From an uncultured Thermoplasmata archaeon (GTDB lineage Archaea > Thermoplasmatota > DTKX01 > GCA-020343715): a DNA stretch of 64,000 nucleotides. This document shows positions 62,703 to 64,000 of the stretch, piece by piece. Every line of letters starts with the position of its first letter. Position 1 is the first letter of the stretch. Below the pieces are notes generated by a model. The model was not told the origin of the DNA, searched no databases, and saw only the letters and a list, made by a program, of their open reading frames with translations. The translations under genes and the position numbers were made by a program. The stretch lies in contig CBDUQW010000004.1 in assembly GCA_965369625.1 (NCBI GenBank), forward strand, positions 5,391 to 69,390, read 5' to 3'.

Positions 62703-64000
62703 GTGATTGCTAGCTTGCTTGTCTTGTTCGGACTCCTGACCCTAGGAGCGCTCTCGGCATCCGCAGCGGATGAAGAGGCCCCCAATGTCGTTGGACCGGA
62801 GGACAAGCCTGGTGCAGATGTTGTATGGGAAGGCTTCGTCGAGTACACTCTCGATTCGACGGGGTCCACCGACGACACTGGGATAGTCGAGTACTTTTGG
62901 AACATCACCGCTCCCGACACCACGTATGTGATTGTTACTTCCACCACCCCGACCGCGCTGTGGACGCCGACGCAGTACGGCATCTTCAAGATTGTAGCGG
63001 GTGCGAAGGATGCGGCCGGCAACACCGGCTACCACCTGTTCATCATGGACGCCTACGAGGCCATCACGTCCCAAACGATCAGGGACACGACCGTGGCCTA
63101 CACCCACAGCGTCTCCATCGACACCGGTCCGTTGACCTACACCAACGTCGACATCGATATCAGCGGTGGTCTGGCCTCGGAAAGCGTGGCGACGGTGGAC
63201 GCCCCGGACCAGCTCGCGGAGAAATTGGTGAACAAGGGCAAGTTCGCGGGCGAGTGGAAGCCATACAATGGAGGCGGCAATTACGGTTCAATCTACGAGG
63301 ACTCATCCACCAAGCTCTCCGGGTCCAAATCCATCAGGGTCACCGAAGCTAGGTACCTATATGGGATGGAGTACTGGTTCGACGATCCGATAGACCTCAC
63401 GCAATACGAAGCCTTGTCCTTCTGGTTCCACACCGACAAGACCCCACACTTAACGTATCCGGACTACAACTATATGCAATACATCTATGTATACGGCAAC
63501 CCGAACTATCAACAGCCCTATGGCTATATTCGTAGCGGGTGCATGTATGGGGGTGGAACGTCCGTCCGCAATGGCTGGCACGGGTACACCGTTCAGCTGG
63601 ACTACGATAAGACGGGTTACACCTACATGTACGGCATGACCGACCTCAGCTCCATCAGCATCATCCGGTTCTACATGTATTGCTACTCGACCGGAACGAC
63701 GATGAGTGACTCCCTCTGGATAGACAACGTGGGCCTCTACACCCCCACCTGGGGAGACGAGATAACCGAGTCGGCCAACCCCACCGGCGACAAGGCAGGG
63801 CGCTGGTACTCCCGATGGGGCACCGGCACCGCGTACGGCGATAGCTTCACCGGCAGCAATTCTGTCAGGGCCCGCATCCGCTACCAACAATACACCGACA
63901 TCTACTACTACTTCAACGCGCCCCAGGACCTCTCCGAGTTCAACGCCCTCCGGTTCTTGTTGAACATGAAGACCTCCTCCGGCCAACAGATCACCTACTG
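62703..64000 (+). CDS. Secreted Tyr/Thr/Gly-rich hypothetical protein, partial (runs off window end)
   Basis: No stop in window, hence absent from the ORF track. In-frame stop TGA at ~62659, then GTG at 62703. Signal peptide (M)IASLLVLFGLLTLGALSASA|ADEE. TATA-like 'ttttatat' at 62637-62646 and 'ggaggg' before the start. Confidence 0.5.
   Translation, partial: MIASLLVLFGLLTLGALSASAADEEAPNVVGPEDKPGADVVWEGFVEYTLDSTGSTDDTGIVEYFWNITAPDTTYVIVTSTTPTALWTPTQYGIFKIVAGAKDAAGNTGYHLFIMDAYEAITSQTIRDTTVAYTHSVSIDTGPLTYTNVDIDISGGLASESVATVDAPDQLAEKLVNKGKFAGEWKPYNGGGNYGSIYEDSSTKLSGSKSIRVTEARYLYGMEYWFDDPIDLTQYEALSFWFHTDKTPHLTYPDYNYMQYIYVYGNPNYQQPYGYIRSGCMYGGGTSVRNGWHGYTVQLDYDKTGYTYMYGMTDLSSISIIRFYMYCYSTGTTMSDSLWIDNVGLYTPTWGDEITESANPTGDKAGRWYSRWGTGTAYGDSFTGSNSVRARIRYQQYTDIYYYFNAPQDLSEFNALRFLLNMKTSSGQQITY

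Overview
This 64 kb window looks like a compact, high-GC (roughly 63-65% by eye) chromosomal segment from an archaeon. Several things point to Archaea. The core genes are archaeal-type (RFC small subunit, Orc1/Cdc6, RNase P Rpp21, class-II ProRS, archaeal PheS-alpha and AspRS, Elp3, Tsr3, a GGR/ferredoxin/radical-SAM lipid cluster). Many genes have an A/T-rich TATA box 25-45 bp upstream of the start codon, consistent with leaderless or short-leader mRNAs. There are many 4-nt ATGA/TGAT start-stop overlaps. I annotated roughly 55 protein genes. Housekeeping content includes SRP54 (partial), rfcS, proS, pheS, aspS, gcvPA/gcvPB, guaA-A, mvk, hflX, orc1, elp3, rlmE and dCMP deaminase. Envelope and secretome content is unusually rich: two tandem S8 subtilases with Ig-like repeat stalks and TM anchors, a tandem pair of ~1000-aa paralogous surface proteins of unknown function, a ~1120-aa CARDB-repeat surface protein with a cytoplasmic zinc-ribbon tail, and signal peptidase I. 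There is an ArsR plus P1B-type heavy-metal ATPase module with a recognisable operator. A putative tetraether-lipid cluster (radical-SAM Tes-like, 2x[4Fe-4S] ferredoxin, geranylgeranyl reductase) is present. I found a candidate replication origin: three ORB-like elements and an AT-rich island around hflX and orc1. Candidates for undescribed biology are the tandem giant paralogs (22.4-28.1 kb), a small basic/acidic paralog pair behind a palindrome-flanked promoter next to a wHTH regulator and an FKBP with an acidic repeat tail, an Fe-S XPD-like helicase with a ~200-aa unknown N-terminal domain downstream of tldD/tldE, and a KaiC-like ATPase coupled to an RHH protein. I found no rRNA, CRISPR array, transposase or integrase, and no convincing tRNA. 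Most long ORFs antisense to these genes are high-GC artefacts and I rejected them. All coordinates come from reading the six-frame track and sequence by eye; start codons in particular are approximate.
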